A stretch of 63,869 bases of DNA from a virus. Taxonomy: Duplodnaviria; Caudoviricetes. The stretch is taken from IMG/VR virus record IMGVR_UViG_3300027746_000001, positions 1 through 63,869 of that record; one strand, given 5' to 3'. A model generated the notes under the pieces. It was not told where the DNA came from. It worked only from the letters and a program-made list of their open reading frames with translations, and searched no databases. Shown here one piece after another: positions 52,056 through 60,438 of this stretch. The position numbers and the translations under genes were made by a program. The stretch's first letter is position 1. Each line of letters starts with the position of its first letter.

Positions 52056-52814
52056 ATGAACACAATCAATAACCCAGTAATCGCAACACACGCTTCATCC
52101 ACACGCAGTCAACGCTATGGATTCATTAGCACAAAAGACATTGTAGATTCTTTCGCAGAATCTGGATATGTTCCACGTCAAATCCAATTGGCAAAAGCAC
52201 GGAAAGACGAAAACAAGGGATTTCAAAAACATCTCATTCGTTTTGGACATCGTGATATCGCTTCGATTAACAATGAGGCATCTCCAGAGTTTGTTTTGAT
52301 CAACTCACATGATGGCACAAGTTCAGCACAACTATCTATTGGCTTGCGTGTGTTTGCTTGCCTTAACGGATTGGTTACTGGAGATATTTTTGATACGATC
52401 AAAATATACCACCGCAGTGTTGATGTTAATCGTTTCTTGGAAGCAGCAACTCTTCTTCGTAACAATGTTCCATTCCTAACTGATCGAGTTCATGCATTCA
52501 AACAAAAGCAACTCACAGATGCGGAAACAAACCAATATCTAGTAGACTCGCTAAAACTCCGCTACGACGAACCAAATAAGGAATCAACAAAGGCTGATCG
52601 TTATGATTTTCAAAATAAATTATACTATCTAAATCGCGCTCGCAGATATGCTGATTCTGGAACTAACTTGTGGGAAACATTCAATCGGGTTCAAGAAAAT
52701 CTTATCAAGGGACGCACTGGAAGTGGAATTCGCAGAGTAACGTCACCAACAACAGATTTAAAATTGAATAAAGACCTTTGGAACTTAACAGAGCAATATC
52801 TTTTAAATAACTAA
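52056..52814 (+). CDS. DUF932/DUF945-family protein
   Basis: LINSHDGTSS, GLRVFACLNGLV, NLWETFNRVQEN, LNKDLW. Confidence 0.8.
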   Translation: MNTINNPVIATHASSTRSQRYGFISTKDIVDSFAESGYVPRQIQLAKARKDENKGFQKHLIRFGHRDIASINNEASPEFVLINSHDGTSSAQLSIGLRVFACLNGLVTGDIFDTIKIYHRSVDVNRFLEAATLLRNNVPFLTDRVHAFKQKQLTDAETNQYLVDSLKLRYDEPNKESTKADRYDFQNKLYYLNRARRYADSGTNLWETFNRVQENLIKGRTGSGIRRVTSPTTDLKLNKDLWNLTEQYLLNN

Positions 52815-52823
52815 AACCCAAAC

Positions 52824-52846
52824 GGAGCGGGTTCCACCCCCGCTCC
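52824..52846 (+). other. GC-rich hairpin without a U-tract
   Basis: GGAGCGGG-ttccacc-CCCGCTCC. Confidence 0.6.
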
Positions 52847-52862
52847 AAACCCAACCAATCAA

Positions 52863-53030
52863 ATGAAACTATTCAAATCTTCTGAGCATTACAAAAACGC
52901 TTCGCACACAAAATTGGTACAGGCACTACAAGCGGTTGTTGACGCATACGGCCATAAAGATTCTTTGCTGATAGACCAGTGCAAAGACGCTTTAAAATCC
53001 GCTGGAATCTTTCCAAAAAAACATTGTTGA
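52863..53030 (+). CDS. Hypothetical protein (55 aa)
   Basis: Translated manually: MKLFKSSEHY...PKKHC. Confidence 0.55.
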   Translation: MKLFKSSEHYKNASHTKLVQALQAVVDAYGHKDSLLIDQCKDALKSAGIFPKKHC

Positions 53031-53056
53031 CAATCCCAACCCGCTTTGATTATTCT
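53027..53056 (+). promoter_or_regulatory. Early promoter
   Basis: TTGACA-18 nt-TATTCT, shortly before the ATG at 53065. Confidence 0.55.
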
Positions 53057-53064
53057 ACACTCTT

Positions 53065-53283
53065 ATGAACATCACAGACCTCATCAACCACCTCGCAGAA
53101 AAAGCCGCACAAGGAAACTGGATCCCCGCTTGCGGTGGAACCGAGCAACCCTTCACATCACGCAGCGGACGCAGACTTCTCTACTGCTGGCAGCAATCCA
53201 CGGGCAAACACGCCTACCTTGATTGCGGCAGTGATCTCATCCTGTCTGATGAGGAAGCACGGAACGCACTTGCTCTTTTCTAA
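53065..53283 (+). CDS. Hypothetical protein
   Basis: Follows a promoter; protein-like composition. Confidence 0.6.
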   Translation: MNITDLINHLAEKAAQGNWIPACGGTEQPFTSRSGRRLLYCWQQSTGKHAYLDCGSDLILSDEEARNALALF

Positions 53284-53284
53284 T

Positions 53285-53416
53285 ATGAGCTTCATCGAAA
53301 CATTCACATCAACTCCACTGCTTGTGACGCTCCAGCATATGCTGGATGCGTTCACGGCAATCGCTCCAGCAATTGCTATCCTTGGAGTAACCTTCATCCT
53401 AACCAAAAACCAATGA
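53285..53416 (+). CDS. Small membrane protein
   Basis: TAATATG start; hydrophobic C-terminal helix. Confidence 0.5.
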   Translation: MSFIETFTSTPLLVTLQHMLDAFTAIAPAIAILGVTFILTKNQ

Positions 53417-53580
53417 CCACCACATTCGCAGTTTCCTACTTCATCTTGTCATTCGCGTCCTGTTTGGCTTGCTACCGATTGGGGCAACAAAACATCCTCC
53501 ATCGATTCCGCAAGTATTGCGACAAGCGCAAACGTGACGAGACAACGTGCAGTAAATTTGAAGATTTCATCAACCAGTAA
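53413..53580 (+). CDS. Small membrane-anchored protein
   Basis: Translated manually: MTTTFAVSYFILSFASCLACYRLG...; ATGA overlap. Confidence 0.5.
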   Translation: MTTTFAVSYFILSFASCLACYRLGQQNILHRFRKYCDKRKRDETTCSKFEDFINQ

Positions 53581-53603
53581 ACAAACCAAAACCAGTAAAA
53601 CAA

Positions 53604-54260
53604 ATGAACACACAATCAGAAAACATAGCAGACCTAGCAATCGCACTTGCAAAAGCGCAATCAGAGAACGGAACAGTCCACAAGGACGCAAAGAACCCAT
53701 TCTTCAAGTCCAACTACGCTTCATTGGCGCAGGTCTGGGAAACAGTACGACCAGCACTAACCGCAAACGGACTCTCCGTGGTTCAGTTGCCTAGCCAAGA
53801 CGCAAGTGGATACTACGTTGAATCCATGCTTATCCATTCAAGTGGTCAGTGGATCAAGTGCAGGACATACATGAAACCAGTTAAGGAAGACCCACAGGGC
53901 ATTGGTAGCCTCATATCCTATGCTCGTCGATATGCTTTGCAATCGTTGGTCATGGTCTGCCCAGACGATGACGATGGCGAGTTGGCAATGGGACGCTCCA
54001 CAAGCGTTCCGCAAGCTAGGACATTGCCAGCAAAAGTACTAGCACCCGTAACACCCAAAGAGGATCCAAACTGGTTCACAAAAGTAGAGGCAGTAATCGC
54101 AACCAAAGCTGAATTGGCTACGGGATACTTGATCTCGAAAGGGGAGATAAAGGTAGGGCAATTGTGGAACGACCTTCCCGCTGGCAAGTATCGTGAGAAC
54201 CTTATCGTATCACCAGAGAAGTTTCTCGCAGCAGTAGCCAAATGGGAGGCATCGAAATGA
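53604..54260 (+). CDS. erf: ERF-family single-strand annealing protein
   Basis: KNPFFKSNYASL, LIHSSGQW, QGIGSLISYARRYAL, DDDG. Confidence 0.9.
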   Translation: MNTQSENIADLAIALAKAQSENGTVHKDAKNPFFKSNYASLAQVWETVRPALTANGLSVVQLPSQDASGYYVESMLIHSSGQWIKCRTYMKPVKEDPQGIGSLISYARRYALQSLVMVCPDDDDGELAMGRSTSVPQARTLPAKVLAPVTPKEDPNWFTKVEAVIATKAELATGYLISKGEIKVGQLWNDLPAGKYRENLIVSPEKFLAAVAKWEASK

Positions 54261-55300
54261 TCCGTCATTCACTACTTCCCAAGCTGGCTGAGTGTGCCTG
54301 TTTCGAGTCAGCGGGGGGTAGCTCCCCTGCTGCGTCTCGCGGGACTCACATGGATCTCGCATTCCGTGAAATGTTCATGGGGAACAACAAGCCTTTTCTT
54401 GACCTGAATTCCAAGGACGCTGATGCGGTCATGTGGGCAGTCGAGATGACCAAGACAATCGCTGGCGATTCTGAGGTGGTCACAGACGAGGATAGCTTGA
54501 AGGTCAAAACGCCGGGGATCGATCACACTGGAACCGAGGATTGCCGCATCCCTGCTATCCACACTAGCCTAGATCTAAAGTCAGGAATTATACGCTCGTA
54601 CTACGAACAGCAATGTGCCTATGCCTACGGAAATATGGCAGCAAGCTACGATTTCGAGACTGGCGAATACGCCATCCGCGAATGGACTTGCCACTTGCTA
54701 TTCTGCGACCAAGAACGGGTAGTCACGCATAGCTGGACAATTGAGGAGGCTAAGGCAGTTGTCGAGGGGGTGATCGCGGCGTACAATGATCCAGACAAAG
54801 CACCGACAGCTTGCGATTACTGCAAGTGGTGCAAAAAGGCATCAACGTGCGGTCAGATTGCAGTTCCAGTTGCCACCACCCTAGCGGTTGTTCAAAGCGA
54901 CCTACAGGCCAACCTCGCGCAAATGCAGGAGCATCTGGCAGGTGATGTGGATCGACTCTCAATGTTTGTAAAACAGAGCAGTATTTTCAACGCATACCTA
55001 GTCGATTGGGCGAAGGATCTGCTCAAGGAAAAGCTACAGGCAGGGGAGAAGGTTTATGGATGGAAACTGCAACGCCAAAAGGGACGCGAAACGTACCCTG
55101 CGGAGGTTATAGAACATATCGGAAGTTGCACCAAAATGTCACTTTCCGACAGTATTAAGCTATTCGGAGGTAGCATCTCTGCTACAAAATTGCAGAAGTA
55201 CTGCGAGTCAGCGGGATACGATCTAACTCAAATCCTGCCTGATGTTGCAGAGGAAATTGTGAAGCTAGTTGAGGACAAACCCAAGAAGGTAAAACTATGA
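54257..55300 (+). CDS. PD-(D/E)xK exonuclease (Cas4-like/DUF2800-like)
   Basis: AASRGT..H, GTED, DLKSG, Q..AYA, CDYCKWC....C; adjacent to erf. Confidence 0.75.
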   Translation: MIRHSLLPKLAECACFESAGGSSPAASRGTHMDLAFREMFMGNNKPFLDLNSKDADAVMWAVEMTKTIAGDSEVVTDEDSLKVKTPGIDHTGTEDCRIPAIHTSLDLKSGIIRSYYEQQCAYAYGNMAASYDFETGEYAIREWTCHLLFCDQERVVTHSWTIEEAKAVVEGVIAAYNDPDKAPTACDYCKWCKKASTCGQIAVPVATTLAVVQSDLQANLAQMQEHLAGDVDRLSMFVKQSSIFNAYLVDWAKDLLKEKLQAGEKVYGWKLQRQKGRETYPAEVIEHIGSCTKMSLSDSIKLFGGSISATKLQKYCESAGYDLTQILPDVAEEIVKLVEDKPKKVKL

Positions 55301-55647
55301 AAGAACTCAACTTTGATACGTTAACAGGCAATGGATGGATTCAGTTTAAAGACTTCCTTGCTCAGTCCGACATTGCGTTTTATAAAACCTTCGCAGGGCA
55401 TGAGGAATGCCGTTGCAACGAGGGGAAAAAGAAACAGGTTGAGGTTTACGTCTACGATCACCGAAAGTATAGCGCAGTTGCTGGAGTTGGATATGAGGTT
55501 AAATGCACTGGTGAGTTGCCAGATGGTACATGGATTGAACTAAAGGCGCATGGGTTGAAACAAGACCATGTTGACCCTAAAGCGCAGGAATTGTTGTCCA
55601 TCTGGGACTGGTCTGTAAAAAACAATTTGACGAAATCCAAAATCTAG
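55297..55647 (+). CDS. Hypothetical protein
   Basis: ATGA-coupled. Confidence 0.6.
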   Translation: MKELNFDTLTGNGWIQFKDFLAQSDIAFYKTFAGHEECRCNEGKKKQVEVYVYDHRKYSAVAGVGYEVKCTGELPDGTWIELKAHGLKQDHVDPKAQELLSIWDWSVKNNLTKSKI

Positions 55648-55654
55648 ATATTTT
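55627..55654 (+). promoter_or_regulatory. Promoter for the replication operon
   Basis: TTGACG-16 nt-TATTTT. Confidence 0.45.
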
Positions 55655-55711
55655 GAGTTAGCTTCAGACGAAGCGCGATGTTTGATACCATCGTTAAAAA
55701 CCAACTAATTT

Positions 55712-55771
55712 GACCTACCTCATGCCCACAAGATTCCTTGCGGGAGTATCACTTGAGGTGGGTCTTTTTTT
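55712..55771 (+). terminator. Terminator/attenuator-like stem with U-tract just before the initiator ATG
   Basis: GACCTACCTCA...TGAGGTGGGTC followed by T7. Confidence 0.6.
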
Positions 55772-55776
55772 AAACT

Positions 55777-56466
55777 ATGAAAATTAAACGTCCAGCATTT
55801 CAGTTTTACCCCGCTGATTACTTGGGATCTCAACGTGTAGCGTTGATGAGCCTTGAAGAAGAGGGTGCTTATATCCGTTTGCTTTGCTATTGTTGGCAGC
55901 ACGGAAGTATTCCATCGAATCCAGATCAAATAGCACGATTGATTGGCAAGGGTGCTTCAACCACCCTTGCAACCACCGTTGCAACCATGTTCAAACCACA
56001 CCTCAACGACACTTCATGCATGGTGCATGAGAGGTTGGAGCAGGAAATCATCAAACAGAATGAATGGGCGCGGAAAAGTGCTGAAGGTGGAAAGAAGTCT
56101 GCCGAAATGCGTAAAATACTCAAGGGTGGTTCAACCACACTTGCAAGGGTGGTTGAAGATTGCTTGCCAAATGGTATCAACCAAAAGGCAACACTACAGT
56201 CTTCTTCTTCATCTTCTTCTTCTACTACTAATAATATAAATAGACCAGATTCAGTTCCTGAACAGGTCTGGAATGATTTTCTTAAAATCAGGAAGGCAAA
56301 GAAAGCACCACTAACCCAAACAGCACTCAATGCCATCCAGAACGAAGCGGACAACGCAGGTTGGACGCTGGAGGATGCGATAACCGAATGCGTCTCCCGT
56401 GGATGGCAGGGATTCAAAGCTGAATGGGTCTACAAGGCACAAGAGACTTACCAACGGGCTTGCTAA
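55777..56466 (+). CDS. Replication initiator (DUF1376/YdaU-like N-terminus)
   Basis: PAFQFYPADYL...EEEGAYIRLLCYCW; Ser-rich linker; C-terminal W.DF...RK.KK.P...GWQG; upstream of dnaB. Confidence 0.8.
   Translation: MKIKRPAFQFYPADYLGSQRVALMSLEEEGAYIRLLCYCWQHGSIPSNPDQIARLIGKGASTTLATTVATMFKPHLNDTSCMVHERLEQEIIKQNEWARKSAEGGKKSAEMRKILKGGSTTLARVVEDCLPNGINQKATLQSSSSSSSSTTNNINRPDSVPEQVWNDFLKIRKAKKAPLTQTALNAIQNEADNAGWTLEDAITECVSRGWQGFKAEWVYKAQETYQRAC
55946..56158. repeat. Iteron-like repeats (CAAGGGTGGTT in both orientations), putative replication origin
   Basis: Copies near 55947, 55959, 55971, 56121, 56133 and 56144. 55955-55972 is the exact reverse complement of 56141-56158. Confidence 0.65.
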
Positions 56467-56467
56467 T

Positions 56468-57763
56468 ATGAAAAATACACCAATCGCAATCACTGCTGAA
56501 AAAGCGGCACTGTCACTAATCGCAATCGATCCAGAGGTACTACCGCACCTCGCATGGTCAGAAGATCTATTTGCTTTAAGTCAACACAAGTTAATCTACA
56601 CCGCACTGGAACGAGTATACCAGCGGACTGGATCCACAAACGCACTAGGTGCATTGAGTGACCTTGAGACAACTGGCAAGCTGAATGCCTGTGGTGGTAA
56701 GGATGGAGTCATGGAAATACTCCAGACAATCTTCATATCCCCCGGTGCTATGTGCGTGGAAACCGCAGCGGACTACCGCGCACAATTGATCAAAGCAAAA
56801 GGGTATCGTGATGCCATCAAGACTTGGGAGGATAACCATGATGACGTTTGCGCTATGAAAGCAGACCTCTCTAGCCTTGCTGAGTCCTTCGCCAATGCAA
56901 TCGTACCAGAATCGCAATGCAAGGACGTTAAAGCCCATCTAAACGACTTTATGGATGATCTGGAGGACAAGACTCCACTAGAGAACTTCCCAACTGGAAT
57001 ACCCAAGCTAGACAAGCTACTAGGTGGAGGTGCAAGGAGGGGTGAGATGTTAGTGGTAGGAGCGCAGACCTCTGGAGGCAAATCTATCTTGCTTTATCAG
57101 GCAGCACTACAGGCATTGCTCAATGGTAAATCAGTAACTATATTTTCTTTAGAGATGCCAGCTAAGGCTATTCTGCAACGTATAGCTTCCAATCTGCTTG
57201 GGAAAACAATCCTTCCACTACGCGAGATGGAAGGGGTCACAGAATGGAGAGGGGTTGCATCTGCAAAGGATATCTCAAGCGCAATCACCCAACTCATGGG
57301 AATGAACCTCACGATCCGAGATGATCTTTCCGAGGTTGGAGAAATCGTCGCAGAGGCATCCCGTCTTGCATCACTTGGCAAGGCAGATCTGATCATCGTT
57401 GACTACCTACAAATTGTCACCATGCCAACCGCAGATAACCGAGAACAGGCAGTGAGTGAACTATCGCGCAGACTCAAGTTAACTGCACTCAAAACAAAAT
57501 CCGTGGTGATGACTGCTAGTCAACTCAACGACGAAGGTGCAGTGCGCGAGTCCCGCGCAATCGGTCATCACACTGACTTTCTGATCATCATCTCGCACCC
57601 TGATGAGAAGAAAAAAGAAGCGTCATCATTCAAACGCAAAACAGAAACCCAATCAACCTCGCGTGTACGCATCGACAAGAATCGGCGTGGTCAACGTGAC
57701 GTATTCGTTCCTGTAAAAATGCGCGGAGATATTTCCAGATTTGAACAAATCGATGAACATTGA
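56468..57763 (+). CDS. dnaB: DnaB-like replicative helicase
   Basis: TGIPKLD, GAQTSGGKS, FSLEM, IVDYLQ, SQLN, KNRRG. Confidence 0.92.
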   Translation: MKNTPIAITAEKAALSLIAIDPEVLPHLAWSEDLFALSQHKLIYTALERVYQRTGSTNALGALSDLETTGKLNACGGKDGVMEILQTIFISPGAMCVETAADYRAQLIKAKGYRDAIKTWEDNHDDVCAMKADLSSLAESFANAIVPESQCKDVKAHLNDFMDDLEDKTPLENFPTGIPKLDKLLGGGARRGEMLVVGAQTSGGKSILLYQAALQALLNGKSVTIFSLEMPAKAILQRIASNLLGKTILPLREMEGVTEWRGVASAKDISSAITQLMGMNLTIRDDLSEVGEIVAEASRLASLGKADLIIVDYLQIVTMPTADNREQAVSELSRRLKLTALKTKSVVMTASQLNDEGAVRESRAIGHHTDFLIIISHPDEKKKEASSFKRKTETQSTSRVRIDKNRRGQRDVFVPVKMRGDISRFEQIDEH

Positions 57764-57935
57764 TCACCACTTCGACGAGGCTTGCTTTCTGCTCGACACT
57801 GCAACAGCAATCTTCCAGACCCGCACCAAATCTAGGTTTGCGGACGCTCAGGAAAAATACGAAAAGGCAAAACAAATCTACAATAATTATTTTGCACACA
57901 TTGACGAAAATTCTGTTGACGAGTTTCAATTTTGA
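57753..57935 (+). CDS. Hypothetical protein
   Basis: Overlaps the end of dnaB. Confidence 0.5.
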   Translation: MNIDHHFDEACFLLDTATAIFQTRTKSRFADAQEKYEKAKQIYNNYFAHIDENSVDEFQF

Positions 57936-57978
57936 CCCTAGATGTAGTGCCGTCAGTTAAATAAATACACAATATCAA

Positions 57979-58206
57979 ATGAAAACACTCAACACAATTG
58001 CAGTCGAGGCAGACAAGCAGCGCAATTCCAGTGGCACACGGGACTGGGGAACATTCCGCATCACGTCAAGGTGCTGTCTTTCTAATGAAATGGTCAAATC
58101 CATTTGTGGCAGACACGAAATGATCGGACAGTCATTCGCGGTCAACGAAACGAAAAACGAAGATGGATATGTCTACGAAGGAAGCTACGATTGCTGGAGC
58201 GATTAG
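57979..58206 (+). CDS. Hypothetical protein
   Basis: A-rich leader; possible promoter TTGACG at 57916. Confidence 0.55.
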   Translation: MKTLNTIAVEADKQRNSSGTRDWGTFRITSRCCLSNEMVKSICGRHEMIGQSFAVNETKNEDGYVYEGSYDCWSD

Positions 58207-58207
58207 T

Positions 58208-58348
58208 ATGACAAGCATTCAACTATTCATGGGTAGCGTTACTCTTGTCATGCTGATCTACATCTTTGGTGGATTCCTATGCAAATCGGCAAACTTCATT
58301 GCAAAGAAATTCTACGGAATTGACTTGGACGAAGAACACACAAAATAA
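58208..58348 (+). CDS. Small membrane protein
   Basis: Hydrophobic N-terminal helix. Confidence 0.5.
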   Translation: MTSIQLFMGSVTLVMLIYIFGGFLCKSANFIAKKFYGIDLDEEHTK

Positions 58349-58353
58349 CACTT

Positions 58354-58401
58354 TCTGCAAACAAATGCAGACTTGGTGGCATCACACCACAAAAACGATG
58401 C
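58354..58401 (+). promoter_or_regulatory. Hairpin plus H-type pseudoknot upstream of the SSB-like gene
   Basis: TCTGCA/TGCAGA hairpin; TGGTG/CACCA crossing GCATC/GATGC. Confidence 0.5.
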
Positions 58402-58425
58402 ATAATATAAACTAACTATAATAAT

Positions 58426-58698
58426 ATGGCAGAACAATACGATAACACGAATCGCGGATCACTCTTCAAGAATGACCGAAAAGAACTAGACAACCACCCA
58501 GACTACAACGGATCCATCAACATTGAGGGAACCGATTACTGGCTCAACGGGTGGATTAAGGAGTCCAAGAAAGATGGTAAGAAGTTCTTTAGCTTGTCAG
58601 TAAAGCCGAAGGATCAAGGCGCAACCAAAACCCCTGCAAAGGCCAAATCCGCTCCAGCACGGGCCAAGGATTCGGATGGAGATGACATTCCGTTTTAA
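58426..58698 (+). CDS. Single-stranded DNA-binding protein (small phage type)
   Basis: GSLFKN..K....PDY.G.I...YWL.GW...FFSL and the acidic DDIPF C-terminus. Confidence 0.75.
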   Translation: MAEQYDNTNRGSLFKNDRKELDNHPDYNGSINIEGTDYWLNGWIKESKKDGKKFFSLSVKPKDQGATKTPAKAKSAPARAKDSDGDDIPF

Positions 58699-58721
58699 CT
58701 AACACTTTCCTCGCTAATCTA

Positions 58722-58866
58722 TTTAGGTCAGTCCCGTAGATAGCAGGGGACAACGGGGGCAGCGCATCCGAAAAAACGCTGACTAATTTTAAGGGATTGT
58801 AGCGGCCACCATGTGGGCTGGTTATCATTTGACCCTGTGAGGCAACTACATAAAACCTCACACCCC
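58722..58866 (+). ncRNA. Candidate structured RNA with two pseudoknot-like elements
   Basis: GTCCC/GGGAC; CAGCG/CGCTG crossing CGGG/TCCG; TGTAG/CTACA crossing TGTGAGG/CCTCACA. Confidence 0.45.
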
Positions 58867-58873
58867 ATTTTAT

Positions 58874-59257
58874 ATGAACGAAATTATAACAGAAGATTAC
58901 TACGAGGGTCAGGGTTGCACTTGCTATGCCACTAGCGCAAACGAGTGCGGTTGCGAAGGTGCTGACTGGACACCAACTGAGGTTTACAAGTTGCGAGAGG
59001 ATGCAAAGCAACTAGCGTTAGAACGTGACGAGGCGCGGGAGCATTTGCGAGAAATAGCGGAATACGGCACGGAGGAAATAAATGCTGCCGTCGATCTGCG
59101 TCAAAAACTTGCACGCGCTTTATTAGAGCGCGACGAGGCGCGGGAGCAAAACGTCAAGCTGCGCGACATCGCAGATACAGCGATTGAATATGTTGGACAC
59201 ACATCAGTTCAGCAAAAACTCCGCATTGCAGCAAAAGCATTGGAGGGCGCGAAATGA
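58874..59257 (+). CDS. Coiled-coil protein with ERDEAR repeats and a Cys-rich N-terminus
   Basis: CTC...ECGC; two ERDEARE motifs. Confidence 0.65.
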   Translation: MNEIITEDYYEGQGCTCYATSANECGCEGADWTPTEVYKLREDAKQLALERDEAREHLREIAEYGTEEINAAVDLRQKLARALLERDEAREQNVKLRDIADTAIEYVGHTSVQQKLRIAAKALEGAK

Positions 59258-59583
59258 GTGACACGCCAGAGACAGAGGAGCTTAAGTGTTTAGCACTCAT
59301 CGAAGTGATGGCAATACCACAAGAAAGAAGGGAAATTGCTTTAGGAACATTGCGAGCTATTAAAGAGCGCGACGAGGCGCGGACTGAATTGGAAATGTGG
59401 CGCGATGGTAACATACTCCACGAAATCCATCGAAATGAGTTGGAAAAAGTAGAACGCGAGCGCGACGAGGCGAGGGAGGCGTTTAAAGAGATGTGGCGAT
59501 CTGGAGATGCCTTTTTGCCGCACGTTGATTCTGAGACAATAAACCGCTGGCGCAAAGCCGCTGGATGGGAGGAAACAAAATGA
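59254..59583 (+). CDS. MSDTPET-type protein with ERDEAR repeats
   Basis: Two ERDEAR motifs; ATGA-coupled. Confidence 0.65.
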   Translation: MSDTPETEELKCLALIEVMAIPQERREIALGTLRAIKERDEARTELEMWRDGNILHEIHRNELEKVERERDEAREAFKEMWRSGDAFLPHVDSETINRWRKAAGWEETK

Positions 59584-59861
59584 GCGAAACACCATACACC
59601 TCCGAGGTTGAACGTCTGAAGGAATGCGACAAGGACTACCGCTCCATTGCCGCACAATTGTCCGTATTCTGCTCCGCTGCCATCTTTGCACTAAGGGAAG
59701 CCAACAAGGATTTGGAGGACGCACAGGTCAAATGTGAAATCATCCCTGACCCATTCGCGGCACAGGCTATAGATGATATGTTTGCCCAGTACCTAGAGTC
59801 ACTACGTGACTACCCTGAGATAATGGCAATCGCACTAAAATTCATACAGCAATCACGATAG
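59580..59861 (+). CDS. Hypothetical protein
   Basis: ATGA-coupled (MSETPY...). Confidence 0.6.
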   Translation: MSETPYTSEVERLKECDKDYRSIAAQLSVFCSAAIFALREANKDLEDAQVKCEIIPDPFAAQAIDDMFAQYLESLRDYPEIMAIALKFIQQSR

Positions 59862-59864
59862 ACA

Positions 59865-60326
59865 ATGCAACTAACACTCAACCCTGACGAGATCCAGATA
59901 TGTCAACTCATTGGCAGGATGCGTTCACTCATTGCACGAAGCAATGGAGTCAAGGATGCCAAGATTGGCAACCAAGACGGAGCAGATGCAGACGTGATCG
60001 GAATGATGGCAGAGTATGGTTTCGCAAAGCTAATGAATGTATTTCCTGACCTTGGTCTATCACCAAGGAGCGGATCCGCTGACGGCGTAATGCCAAGCGG
60101 AAATAGATACGACATCAAAGCATCAAAGCATCCACACGCTCGCTTGCTGTCCACGCTCAAGGCAAACCCTGACGTTGATGTATACGTCCTGTGCGTTGTG
60201 GACGCTCCATCACTCGACTACGTTGGGTGGGCATGGAAGCAAGACCTCATTAAAGCAGAGAACATAGTCAACCTTGGTCACGGAGAAGGCTACGCATTAG
60301 ATCAAGATAAACTAAAGCAATTTTAA
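59865..60326 (+). CDS. Putative PD-(D/E)xK-fold nuclease-like protein
   Basis: G..AE...AK, D, YDIKAS, DVYVL..V...GW. Confidence 0.5.
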   Translation: MQLTLNPDEIQICQLIGRMRSLIARSNGVKDAKIGNQDGADADVIGMMAEYGFAKLMNVFPDLGLSPRSGSADGVMPSGNRYDIKASKHPHARLLSTLKANPDVDVYVLCVVDAPSLDYVGWAWKQDLIKAENIVNLGHGEGYALDQDKLKQF

Positions 60327-60438
60327 ATATCCAAATGAAAACATACCTAGCAAAATGGCCCAATGGCACAATATCAGTGTTAGCTAAATGAGCTAGATAA
60401 GGTATAAATCCACAAAATCATGTATAACTATACCCGCT

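Noticed and set aside
54257-55300. Cas4 of a CRISPR system
   Set aside because: No array or other cas genes; adjacency to erf fits a recombination exonuclease.
51897-56466. Lysogeny module (integrase, CI/Cro, partition genes)
   Set aside because: No recombinase, HTH-S24 repressor, ParA or divergent promoter arrangement was recognised.
60335-60391. 18-codon ORF MKTYLAKWPNGTISVLAK
   Set aside because: Too short to call. It may be a remnant of a deleted gene, but nothing in this window supports that.
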